Of a stretch of DNA of 64,000 nt, positions 31,560 to 41,692 are shown piece after piece. The notes below the pieces were generated by a model, which was not told where the DNA came from, did not search any database, and worked only from the letters and a program-made list of their open reading frames with translations. The DNA is from an uncultured virus (IMG/VR IMGVR_UViG_3300025009_000076). Its lineage: Duplodnaviria > Heunggongvirae > Uroviricota > Caudoviricetes. The position numbers and the translations under genes are program-made. The stretch's first letter is position 1; each line of letters begins with the position of its first letter. Location: positions 1 through 64,000 of IMG/VR virus record IMGVR_UViG_3300025009_000076; one strand, 5' to 3'.

Positions 31560-33850
31560 ATTTATTTTAGCATTTATAAACATAAGAACTATATAATAAT
31601 AAATTTTTACCAGAGGAATTATTTTTATAATCCTTGAAAGTATTGCTAGAGTAGTATTACAGGGATTTGTATGAATGAAGTGTATTATATAGTATAGCAC
31701 TTTTTCCGAGTGAATTGGTGTAATGGTTGTTAGAGTAAGGATAGAGGGATTATTTGATTTGTGTTGTTTGGTAAATTTTTATGGATTGATTTGATTTAGA
31801 ATTAATTTTATTTTGAGATATTATTTTGATGTGAATTGTTAAAAATATTTTATTCAATTTTTAGATGGTCGGATATATGGTATAATTGATTCGGATGAAT
31901 TTGTTAAAGTACGCCCCTCTATAGTAGAAGGGATTGTTAGAATGTGTTATAATTGGTTAGGATCAAGGATTTTAAGGTTATTTGTAGGATTAGATTTGTT
32001 AGGAATTTGTGATTAATTTTGAATGCATAATTATGAATTTTCATTAGATTTTTTTGTTCGATGAGATTTATGATAATTATATTTTGATTTTAATATTTGG
32101 TAGAAATTTATAGATCAAAATATGAATTAATATAAGGTTGAATCTGGTAAAGAAACTGTATGAGAGTAGGATTTATTGGTTATTTTGTATGGATTGATTT
32201 AGTGATATTTATTAAGATTATGTGAGAATTTTATATTATTTTATGAGATTAATTTACAAAATTATTTGACTTTTGAGAAGTTTTGTGATTTGGAATATGT
32301 ATTTATTGGGTTGGAAATTGTTGTGATGATTATGTTTTTGCGATGTGAGAACGAAGGGGAAATTTGGATGGATTTGTCTCGAAATCGATTTCTAAAATTT
32401 CGATGTGTAAACAAGTACTCTGCACATAATGTCGAATAATGTCGAATAATAATTTGTAATCTATGCCCCACCTATGATAAAGTTGGCATGGTTTTTGAAA
32501 GTGAATGTTAGCACAGGTTTTTGCTATCAGCTTTACCTATGACAAACTGAAAATAGCATAGGCCGATTACCTGCTAATCCCTGAAACCCTTGCTATAAGC
32601 CGATTCCTGCTATTTTCTGAATGTGACACAATGGGAATGTGTCACATTGGATGAGGATTGGGCCTTATATTATGTCTCGGAATGAGTTTGAAGAGGTTAG
32701 AAGGGGAAATATGAGGCAGGAAATAGAATGGAATGATAATGGATAAAATACAGATAATGTCCTAGTATTGTATCGGCTGCAGTCGGGAATGATTTGTCGA
32801 ATTGAATTGATCGGGAGAAAATGGAATGAATCGTAATGCGCTGATGATGCTGATTATACGTATATGAGTATATACGTATATACGTATAAAATATCGAGGT
32901 CTATAACATAGGCGAAATTAGTGAAGACTTAAATAAATGAGTAACCACTCATATGTACAACCATTCATATAATAAAATTGTAATTACATTGTACATACAC
33001 ATATAATACTTTGAATATCAAACTATATTAGTCTCAAAATATTCTATATTCAAACTAATATCACATAACCCATAATCCTATCATACTACCATACAATACA
33101 GTCACTTGACTACATTACACGTTCAATATAATCATAATCATATTATCCCATCACATTAACCACATTATATGATCATTATGATCACATATCACCTATACTA
33201 TCATAATCCAAACTAATATCAACCATTTCACTAAACTATAATCCACACCAAATTACTATGCTTTAATACCTACTATATTACTTGGTATTTATATCCTATC
33301 ATTCTACTATACATTAATACCAACTAATTAACTATGCTATATATATCCATATCATTTCACTACACTATAATAAATTAGTACACAACATAAATATATAACC
33401 TGTTATATATCACTATACCCTCAAGGGGTATACTCTAACCTCAAAACTACCATACCCACGTAGGGTATAAAATTCCACATCTCGTAATACCCCTAAAATA
33501 AAATTCTACACACTAACATATACCTCTAAACCTCAAACCGCTTAAACGCCCCTTTCTGTCGCTCTAATCTTATAATTTTATTTCTTGCTTCAACGCATTA
33601 TATCAACTCTTATTTTACATTGGCATAAGTTTTGCTAGTATAATACAGTAATACATAAACCATATCTGTATTAATACACAGTCTTCATATCCTACGATCA
33701 TATCATAATCAAACCAACAACATACAATTATAAATACTCATAGTAAATATCCTAAAATCCCTACAAATTCATAACTATAAAAATAAATTTTATTGCAAAT
33801 GGTTTTCCCTATTGTTTTTGTGATATAATAATATAGGAAATCAATTAATT
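31560..33850. other. Non-coding divergence region between the arms (candidate origin/terminus/control region)
   Basis: No credible ORF; G/T-rich then C/A-rich top strand, switching near palindrome TATACGTATATACGTATA (32871-32888). Confidence 0.6.
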
Positions 33851-33866
33851 AAAAGGAGTGCTAACA

Positions 33867-34193
33867 ATGATTAAAGCAACGAAAGCAACTAAAAAAAGAT
33901 TAACTACTGAAGACTTTACACCTTATGTTCGCCTTTCAACTCTCATAGAATCAATAATCAAAGAAGCAGAACGAGTTGAAAGACATGGAGAAGAGACAGA
34001 CTTTAGAGCTTGCTATACAGATAGAGGATTATTTTACAAATGTTATGAAGACGAAAAACCATTATTTAGAGGATTTGAAAGTAGATACCCTGAATTAATT
34101 GAAACAACATTAACACATGGTTTAAACCAAATTAAAATACCAGATGTGAATAAATTTGTTAAAGTTATGTTGCAAAGAAAATTTGAAGACTAG
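33867..34193 (+). CDS. Early hypothetical protein
   Basis: Extended -10 promoter, SD AAGGAG, terminator after. Confidence 0.75.
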   Translation: MIKATKATKKRLTTEDFTPYVRLSTLIESIIKEAERVERHGEETDFRACYTDRGLFYKCYEDEKPLFRGFESRYPELIETTLTHGLNQIKIPDVNKFVKVMLQRKFED

Positions 34194-34237
34194 AGATAGT
34201 CTTCTTTTTTGACCATAAACCCCAAAATAAAATTATC

Positions 34238-34265
34238 TTGACATTCTCCCAAATTTATTTATAAT
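34238..34265 (+). promoter_or_regulatory. sigmaA promoter (representative of the cassette promoters)
   Basis: TTGACA-16-TATAAT; similar at ~35019, 35597, 36562, 38375, 39982, 40295, 40675, 41015, 41281, 43839, 44569. Confidence 0.8.
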
Positions 34266-34355
34266 TATATTTATACCTCAACTAAATCAATTACATAAAA
34301 AATCCTAAACCCAATTCCCTAAACCAAACCAAAAATAAAAGGAGCGTGTACCCAA

Positions 34356-34862
34356 ATGAACAAATTTAAATTTTTCTCAACCTGCAAAACCATCCAGGAG
34401 CTAAAAACTACATTCCGCGAACTCGTAAAACTCCATCATCCAGACAAACCGACCGGAAACCTCGAAACAATGAAATCCCTAAACATAGAGTATGAATTAG
34501 CATTCGAATACATCAAAAACAATCCAATTAACGACACTGAGAAAAAATCCTCTTTCTATGCAAATGTAAACGATGGATTCCGCGAAACCTTAGAAAAAAT
34601 TATCTTCATTCCTGAAATTTTTATAGAAATATGTGGCTCCTGGATTTGGGTCAATGGTGAGACAAAAGCAGTAAAACATCTACTAAAAGATGCTGGTCTA
34701 TGGTATGCAACAAACAAAAAAGCATGGTATTTTAAACCTGCTGATTATAAGGCCAAAAAGCATAAGGCATTTAGCATGGAAGATATTCGCGGTAAATATG
34801 GTTCAGAAACAGTCGAGAAGAAGGAAAGAGTAAAGGTAGAAAATCCAATGGCAGCAAAATAA
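34356..34862 (+). CDS. J-domain (DnaJ-like) protein
   Basis: ELK..FRELVKLHHPDK; IEICGSWIWV.G.T motif. Confidence 0.85.
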   Translation: MNKFKFFSTCKTIQELKTTFRELVKLHHPDKPTGNLETMKSLNIEYELAFEYIKNNPINDTEKKSSFYANVNDGFRETLEKIIFIPEIFIEICGSWIWVNGETKAVKHLLKDAGLWYATNKKAWYFKPADYKAKKHKAFSMEDIRGKYGSETVEKKERVKVENPMAAK

Positions 34863-35087
34863 AATTGTTAAATAAAATGAGGCTTAAACAGTCTCATTTT
34901 TCTTTTTTATGTGCTAACATTTTGCTCTTATCTATTTTGTGCTACCTGGTAAACATTTTTGTATTAATTCTAAATAATTAACCATTAATAAAACCTTAAA
35001 ATAATTTTCCAAAATCTATAGACATTCGCTTAAAAATATATATAATAATAAGTAAGAAGTTGTTCAAATTTGAAAGGAGTTTTTAAA

Positions 35088-35465
35088 ATGGCAAGTATTA
35101 AAACTGCTAAAATTGGAGATATGCTACAAGTTCCTTCGATCTTATTATTCCCTCAAAGGACTGGAAAATTTAATAGACATGGTTATTCTATAGGTAAAGT
35201 AATCAATGTTTTTAAACATTCTGAAACAGGCGAAACGGTTGTAGAGGTCGAATATTTAGAAGCATTCCGCTACAAAAGCGATTTCCCTTTACAAGTAAAA
35301 AAATTCTTTGTTGGAAATTGTATGAAATTTAAACTGGAACCATGTACTTTATCTGATAAAGATGCAGAATTATATATCTCAAAAGCTGGATATAAACGCA
35401 TAAATGGAAATGTATATGATCTTTATCAATCGGCATGTATTGATACATTTAATTTAGAAGTATAA
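35088..35465 (+). CDS. Early hypothetical protein
   Basis: Promoter, SD, terminator AAAAGGAAGG-gaaa-CCTTCCTTTTT. Confidence 0.7.
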   Translation: MASIKTAKIGDMLQVPSILLFPQRTGKFNRHGYSIGKVINVFKHSETGETVVEVEYLEAFRYKSDFPLQVKKFFVGNCMKFKLEPCTLSDKDAELYISKAGYKRINGNVYDLYQSACIDTFNLEV

Positions 35466-35630
35466 AAGGAAGGGAAACCTTCCTTTTTCTCTATTTCTAA
35501 AAATGCTCTCTAGTGACCTCTGACATCATTCCATAACCCTTTATATCAATACTATCTTATCCAATCATCTTGCAAATACAAATATAAAATATTTTCTTGA
35601 CATTGGCCTAAATAAGCGTATAATAGTAAA

Positions 35631-35810
35631 TGTAGAGATAAGAGGAAAAAGCACATAGGGCATATGTTGAGGAAATGACTTGTTAATCAAGTGTATAAGA
35701 CCTCACTAGTTCGGGAGGCTGGAAGGCCTATAATCCTCACTATTGGTTGAGGGAACAAAGATAACCCGGAACCCCTACAACTTGATAGAACTATCTACTT
35801 ATCTCTATAC
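35631..35810 (+). ncRNA. Candidate ~180 nt multibranched RNA
   Basis: Starts just after the promoter at 35597-35624; closing stem TAGAGATAAG/CTTATCTCTA with nested helices. Confidence 0.55.
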
Positions 35811-35835
35811 TAAATCTTAAAAGGAGTTTTGACTA

Positions 35836-36045
35836 ATGAGAATAGTGCAAAGTCAAACTGAAGGTAATTGCACAAAAATTATGATTATTACTTATAATGA
35901 AGGTGTTTCAATTTTTATAACTGGTGCATATGTAACCAGTGAAGGAAAACCAAATGCACTAAATCAATGCTTTGGAGTAAGAAGTTTTTCAAAATTTGAA
36001 GAGGCAGAGGAAAGATTAAATTCTAGTTGTAAAAATTGGGGTTAA
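35836..36045 (+). CDS. Small hypothetical protein
   Basis: SD AAGGAG. Confidence 0.65.
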   Translation: MRIVQSQTEGNCTKIMIITYNEGVSIFITGAYVTSEGKPNALNQCFGVRSFSKFEEAEERLNSSCKNWG

Positions 36046-36061
36046 TTGGAGGTTTTAATTA

Positions 36062-36286
36062 ATGAAAAAAGGCCAAAAATTCTGGTATTATGGTGAATTA
36101 GTTACTTATACTTACTATAGCATAAAATACAATTCCCATCATTTTAGCAATTCGGTTTGCAAAGATAATCAAATTTCTGTCATTGGTACAAAAGACTATC
36201 ATAATTTTTCTGAAGTCCTTGCTAATCAGGAATATCATAAAAGTTATAAAATTCCTGAAATCAATGAAAATGAAGTATTATTTTAA
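36062..36286 (+). CDS. Small hypothetical protein
   Basis: SD GGAGG. Confidence 0.65.
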   Translation: MKKGQKFWYYGELVTYTYYSIKYNSHHFSNSVCKDNQISVIGTKDYHNFSEVLANQEYHKSYKIPEINENEVLF

Positions 36287-36777
36287 AGACTCGATTCCCT
36301 CCTATTACATATGTAGAAGCAGCAAAATAAACACAAACCACAAAATAAATTCTCTAAGAGGCTCTAACGAGTCTCTTTTCTATTCCCCTTATAATCCTTC
36401 ACCTATCCACAAAAACCTTCTTACAATCAATCCTAGCGCATATCACAGCAATATAAACCACATTCCGCTACAATCTCAAATCCTATAATCCTAATAATTA
36501 TCAACCATCCTTATCAATCCCATATTCCCGATCACAACAAAAACAAACCCTAAAATAAATATTGACATATCATATTCAATCATGCTATAATTAATTTTAC
36601 CCAATTATACAAAATAAATTTCTAAGGAAAGGAGTTGAGCGAACTATACTAATTATTAATTTTATTAATTTTGCTATTACTATCTATAGATCCGGCTATA
36701 CATAATAATCTAATCAATTATCCGTCCTTAATCTTTAGTCAATTATAAAAATAAAATAATGAAAGAGGTAAAACAAA

Positions 36778-37083
36778 ATGAATGAATTTGATCTATTTGA
36801 TTTTATGTACAATCCTTATGGCCCTAATGGACTGGAAGAAGAGCAGGAACCTCAAGTATTAAACCTTAAATACATCCTAGAATACTGTAATGAATATTCC
36901 TTAGAGTCAGCACCAGAGACAATATATCATGAATGGATACAATTATTAGAAAGTCAGCATCTATTTGTTTGTGAAATGATACTAGAGCCTTATATGATGG
37001 TAATCGAGAGAAACACTGGTAAAATAGTAATGGAACATAATGAACAAAGACAATATGTAAATATAGAAGAAGAAGAAAAATAG
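36778..37083 (+). CDS. Acidic hypothetical protein
   Basis: SD GAGGT. Confidence 0.65.
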   Translation: MNEFDLFDFMYNPYGPNGLEEEQEPQVLNLKYILEYCNEYSLESAPETIYHEWIQLLESQHLFVCEMILEPYMMVIERNTGKIVMEHNEQRQYVNIEEEEK

Positions 37084-37084
37084 A

Positions 37085-38095
37085 ATGAATATATCTAAAC
37101 TATATTTAGGATTAACAATAAAAAATTACAAGGAATTATGTATTTTCTTAGAAATACCAGTCAAAGGAGGCAACGGCAAACAAATACAATTAAACGAATT
37201 ATCTAGATATTGTAATTTTACTAAAGAAGGTAAAAAATTTACTTTTAATGAGATATATGAGGAACCACTAGAAAAAATAGATTTAAGATCAGAGGGTAAT
37301 AATTCTAAATATGTAGAACATATTCAAGCTCAATTATTACATACACTATCTAAGGCTGAAGGGCATAAATATACTATTACTAAAAATAATTTATTTGAAT
37401 CTCTTGGAATGGTTAACGCTCAATACTTAGATAAAGCACTAGTAATAAAATTCTTGTCTAAAAAGGATAGTAGATTTACAAAATTCAATATTAATCACTT
37501 ATATTTAAGAACCAATGATAGATTGACTAGAATCCTATTTGATTCTTTAAATAGTTTAAAAAGAAGATGTCTAATTGACTATAATGAATTACATATAATA
37601 GTTAAAATAGATGATGAAGGAAAAGAGCATCATCTAAGGGCCAATGATGATGAAAAAACTTTAATTATGAGTATTAAATATAATGTATTGCAAGACATGA
37701 AACTTAATACTATCACTCAGGTTATGTTTAAATTTAAGACTGAAGAATTTTACAAAAGAGTTAATAAGAAACTAAAAGAATATGGTATAGATTACGCATA
37801 TAAGCAAATAGAGTTATTATTTGAACAAGAAGATGTATTACACGAACTTAATAAGATTGAATTACAGCAACATAAAAAGAATTTAAATGATAAAGTAATC
37901 GAAACAATGACTATAAATACAAGAGATACCTTTTACAATAATGAAAAAGAATACAATGAAGGGTTAATGGATTTCTTACTTAATGAAAGACCAATGATAG
38001 GGAGATATAATGAAATGAAGTTTACAGGATTTAAACATAATTCAGACTATATTGATATACAATTAGAATTAATTGAATATATATTAAGAATTTAA
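37085..38095 (+). CDS. Phage hypothetical protein, possibly DNA-binding
   Basis: 336 aa; KNYKELC..L....GG..K..QL N-terminal motif. Confidence 0.75.
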   Translation: MNISKLYLGLTIKNYKELCIFLEIPVKGGNGKQIQLNELSRYCNFTKEGKKFTFNEIYEEPLEKIDLRSEGNNSKYVEHIQAQLLHTLSKAEGHKYTITKNNLFESLGMVNAQYLDKALVIKFLSKKDSRFTKFNINHLYLRTNDRLTRILFDSLNSLKRRCLIDYNELHIIVKIDDEGKEHHLRANDDEKTLIMSIKYNVLQDMKLNTITQVMFKFKTEEFYKRVNKKLKEYGIDYAYKQIELLFEQEDVLHELNKIELQQHKKNLNDKVIETMTINTRDTFYNNEKEYNEGLMDFLLNERPMIGRYNEMKFTGFKHNSDYIDIQLELIEYILRI

Positions 38096-38446
38096 TAAAT
38101 TAAAATTTAGTTGACAGTTTATAAATCATAAATATAATATAGCATGGTGACAAATGTTATAGTTCTTTATACTACGACTTTTAAACTGTCAACTAATTTC
38201 TTTTTCTCTATTTGTCTTTTTAAAAGTGCCAACTTTTCTCTAATCCTTAAATTTATACGGTGACTTAGGAACGCAAGCATAATTTCCGGCAAGTGTGCGG
38301 AAATTCTGGTATATACTTCTAATAATTTTTTTCTTATAATCTTAAATCTATAAACACTAATATAAATTATTCTATAGACATTGCTCTCCTATTTTGTTAT
38401 ACTATCAATATTAAACATACCCAAATCAATAAAAGGAGGTTTCCCA

Positions 38447-38896
38447 ATGGCAAAGCGTAGAACTAAACAAGACATGCAAAAAGCAGCAAATACATGTCGC
38501 TTATTTCTCTTATCCGACAATAATCCCCATACTGCATACGAGCAATACATAAAAGACCATATGCTTTCTGGTCAACCAATGCCTTATTATATCCAAGGAA
38601 TCAAAGACTTTATTACAGCATCAAAACTCTTGGAATCTGATATCCTGGCAATCAAAAAAGAAAAAGAACGCTCAGAGAATCAATTAGCAGAAAAACAATC
38701 TGATATGGAATTGATCAAATCATTAGACGTTAAGTTAGTAATGCAAGCTTATAAAACATCATCGGGCAATGCTAAACTAGAATTATGCAATTTAGCAAAT
38801 ATGGTACACGCTAAAGACTTTACCGGAATTACGCAATCAGAAATCTACACTGCAAAGGAATTCCAATTAATTAAAGAAAGTAGGTACACCTCATGA
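38447..38896 (+). CDS. Hypothetical protein
   Basis: SD AAGGAGG. Confidence 0.7.
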   Translation: MAKRRTKQDMQKAANTCRLFLLSDNNPHTAYEQYIKDHMLSGQPMPYYIQGIKDFITASKLLESDILAIKKEKERSENQLAEKQSDMELIKSLDVKLVMQAYKTSSGNAKLELCNLANMVHAKDFTGITQSEIYTAKEFQLIKESRYTS

Positions 38897-39210
38897 AAAA
38901 ACTAATATCTATCTTAACAATTTCCCTCACTCTCCTAACATCCTCTATCCTAACAACTTCAGCAAATCCCACAATACAACCTGGCTCTGACACCTCATAC
39001 ACAATGATAGCACTGGCCACACAATCTATCTACAATCCACCAAATTCTTGTTACCATACAACTATTCAAAATGAAAATGGCGATGCCTTTATAATCCTCA
39101 CAACAGACAATGTTACAAACAAATGGTTTGAATGCTCAGTTGACAGTAATAATACACCGGAAAATATAAAAGATGATAAAATAATTGATCTTGGATTGCT
39201 AGAGGAATAA
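38893..39210 (+). CDS. Secreted hypothetical protein
   Basis: N-terminal signal peptide MKKLISILTISLTLL..SA. Confidence 0.65.
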   Translation: MKKLISILTISLTLLTSSILTTSANPTIQPGSDTSYTMIALATQSIYNPPNSCYHTTIQNENGDAFIILTTDNVTNKWFECSVDSNNTPENIKDDKIIDLGLLEE

Positions 39211-39325
39211 ATCTTAAAATAAAATTATCTACTACCAAAACTATTCAACCTATGCTATAATGTTGGCATAGGTTTTTTATTGTAATTAATTCAAATCTAA
39301 AATATTAGAAAGAAGGTAAATACAT

Positions 39326-39874
39326 ATGATCAAATTAACCGAACTCAAACGCATGATAAAAGCCAATAACTTGAACCCTTGTTTTTATGCTGAAGGATTA
39401 AATAATGTCATTTTCAACTATAAGCAACAACTTACTATTATTTTAAAGCAAATTGACCAACCAAAACTATTTGCTTATTTACAATCAACTAATTATGTCT
39501 CTGCTGATCTAAAATTCACTCCTTATAATCTAGATATGGATCTTAAAAATAAATTTGAGAGAATCACAGCTAACAAACTGGAGCATACACAAATGTTAGT
39601 GGACACCGGAATACAATTCCACAAAAAAGGAAAATGGAAAGACGAAGAGAAAATTCTTTACAAAGTATTCAAAACTGAAAAAGGATTAATGAAGATCAAA
39701 GATGAATACCTTTGTATACTTAATCAAGATGTTAAAAAAGGAGTTATGCTAAAAACAAATGAAGCGCATAGCATGGTATTTATATATAATAATACATTTG
39801 ACATTATCGGCGTTTGCGTGGGAGAAAAATTCGAAATGAGCGAACTAACAGAATATACACAATGGGGATCTTAA
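39326..39874 (+). CDS. Hypothetical protein
   Basis: SD, terminator after. Confidence 0.7.
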   Translation: MIKLTELKRMIKANNLNPCFYAEGLNNVIFNYKQQLTIILKQIDQPKLFAYLQSTNYVSADLKFTPYNLDMDLKNKFERITANKLEHTQMLVDTGIQFHKKGKWKDEEKILYKVFKTEKGLMKIKDEYLCILNQDVKKGVMLKTNEAHSMVFIYNNTFDIIGVCVGEKFEMSELTEYTQWGS

Positions 39875-40361
39875 GGAGCTTTACAGCTTCTTTTTTCTTT
39901 GCCTTAATACTAATTCCCTCTATCCATAATCCAACCTCTTAAAACCCTATCCACGGGCCTTAAAAACTAAAATAAAATAGTTTGACATTGCGCTATCTAT
40001 CTATTATAATCTTAATTAATAGATCAAATATAAATTATTAGTACCGGAAACAATAGAAGAAGCAGAAATATGGATAAAAAATTATCAAAGAATCAGAACT
40101 CAAATTTGGGAATATAATCAAACTCAATTAGATAATTACAAGGACTGAATAAGTCCTTTTCTTTTTGTCTCACAATCCCTCCATACCTTCCACGATGCCT
40201 TGTAAGCTCTCAGATATCCTACACTAATACAAATATACCACTAAATCATCAATAAGGCCACAAACAATGCTAAAATAATATTTATGTTTTGCTATTGTAA
40301 TTGCGCTAGAAATAGATTAATATATAAATATCAGATTAATTAAATAAAAGGAGTGCTTCAA

Positions 40362-40568
40362 ATGGCAAACTACAAAGCAATCTTATTAAATGATCAAGGC
40401 GCATGTCTGGCTGAAAGAAATTGTGATACAGTCGAGGAAATCAGAAATCTACTAAATGAGTATTCAGACCCAGAAAATATTGACTTAAGAGTGTTAGAAG
40501 ATCATGAAGAAGTAGAAATAGGATGGTACATAGATAATGGATTTATGGAAGATTATGAAGAGAATTAG
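40362..40568 (+). CDS. Small acidic protein
   Basis: Promoter-SD-terminator cassette. Confidence 0.7.
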   Translation: MANYKAILLNDQGACLAERNCDTVEEIRNLLNEYSDPENIDLRVLEDHEEVEIGWYIDNGFMEDYEEN

Positions 40569-40735
40569 GAGCCAGTAATGGTTCCTTTTCTTTTTGTCTA
40601 AATACTTTCAAACTCTTGATTTATGGGATATAGTAAAGTGTAAAATAATTATTTTTAAAAACATTAAAAATCTATTGCATTAATCTTAAAAATGATTATA
40701 ATTATATTATAAGGTAAATAAAAGGAGTGCTGAAG

Positions 40736-40990
40736 ATGAGTAAAAAGTCGCGGTCAGTCGATACACAAACCCTTACTAAAATTAAAAAAGATGCTGAGAA
40801 AGTCAGAAAAATACATGAGAAAATGGAAAAAATGGTTCAAGAACTAAAGGAAATTCACGAAGAGAATAATTGGTTAAATTACTTAAACAGTGCTAACGTG
40901 GAATTAACCGAGCAAGAAACTGGAGAATTTTATGAAGCATCAGACATTATAAATAGAGCAGAAAAAGTAATTATAAGAAAAGGCCAGTAA
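40736..40990 (+). CDS. Small coiled-coil protein
   Basis: Promoter-SD-terminator cassette. Confidence 0.7.
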   Translation: MSKKSRSVDTQTLTKIKKDAEKVRKIHEKMEKMVQELKEIHEENNWLNYLNSANVELTEQETGEFYEASDIINRAEKVIIRKGQ

Positions 40991-41076
40991 TGGTCTTTTC
41001 TTTATTCTTTTTGTTTGACCTTATAATATATCCTATGATAAAATAGAGTATAAATAATTTTAGAAAGGGTGATGAT

Positions 41077-41235
41077 ATGATTAAAATTGAAATCGAAGAA
41101 TCTCCTGAATATTCGCGCTGCACTTCATGTTTTGCAAAAGAGAATCTTAAAAACTTAATTATTGGATCAATACAGGTAACTTTATGCAAAACATGTCAAA
41201 ATAAAATTATAAATATTTTAAAAGATGCTGAATAA
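41077..41235 (+). CDS. 52 aa Zn-finger protein (not in track)
   Basis: CTSC...LCKTC; promoter at 41015, SD GAAAGGGTG, terminator. Confidence 0.7.
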   Translation: MIKIEIEESPEYSRCTSCFAKENLKNLIIGSIQVTLCKTCQNKIINILKDAE

Positions 41236-41347
41236 AGCATCTTTTTCTTTTCAATTTCTCAAACCAAATGCCCATTTTATTTGACATATCTAATAATATC
41301 TATACACTGTTAATTAATCATATAATAAATTTGAAAGGAGCGATAAA

Positions 41348-41580
41348 ATGAATATCAAAAAGAAGCATATTAATAAATTTATCAAATTAGCTAATGAATT
41401 GGATACGCTAATTAAAGAAATTAAAGAGTATTGCCCGGAAGCTCAATATTATGTGTCTGTAGAAACATTAAACCTAATGAACGGAGAAACGCACGATGAC
41501 AAACATTTTCAGCATTCATTGAGAGAGAAAATATAGTGAAAAGTGTTGCTGTAAAAACATTGAGTGATGGAGACTGGTAA
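41348..41580 (+). pseudogene. Small protein with apparent frameshift in a GA repeat
   Basis: Removing one GA at 41521-41528 continues ENIVKSVAVKTLSDGDW*. Confidence 0.45.
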
Positions 41581-41692
41581 AATCAATAATTTTAAAATAA
41601 GAGTACAAAAAGACATAAATAATTATTGTACTCTTATTTGTTTTGTGTTAAAATATAAATATCAGATACATATTAAAAAGGAGGTTTTCCAA

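Noticed and set aside
32841..32920. Hammerhead ribozyme (CTGATGA ... CGAAA)
   Set aside because: Stem II closing pair and stems I/III could not be formed.
35631..35810. Cobalamin, c-di-AMP or c-di-GMP riboswitch
   Set aside because: Only scattered similarity; core consensus elements are missing.
36628..36705. 19 aa hydrophobic peptide (ATA start) as a type I toxin
   Set aside because: Promoter and SD are present, but the start is non-canonical and no antitoxin RNA is evident; too weak to call.
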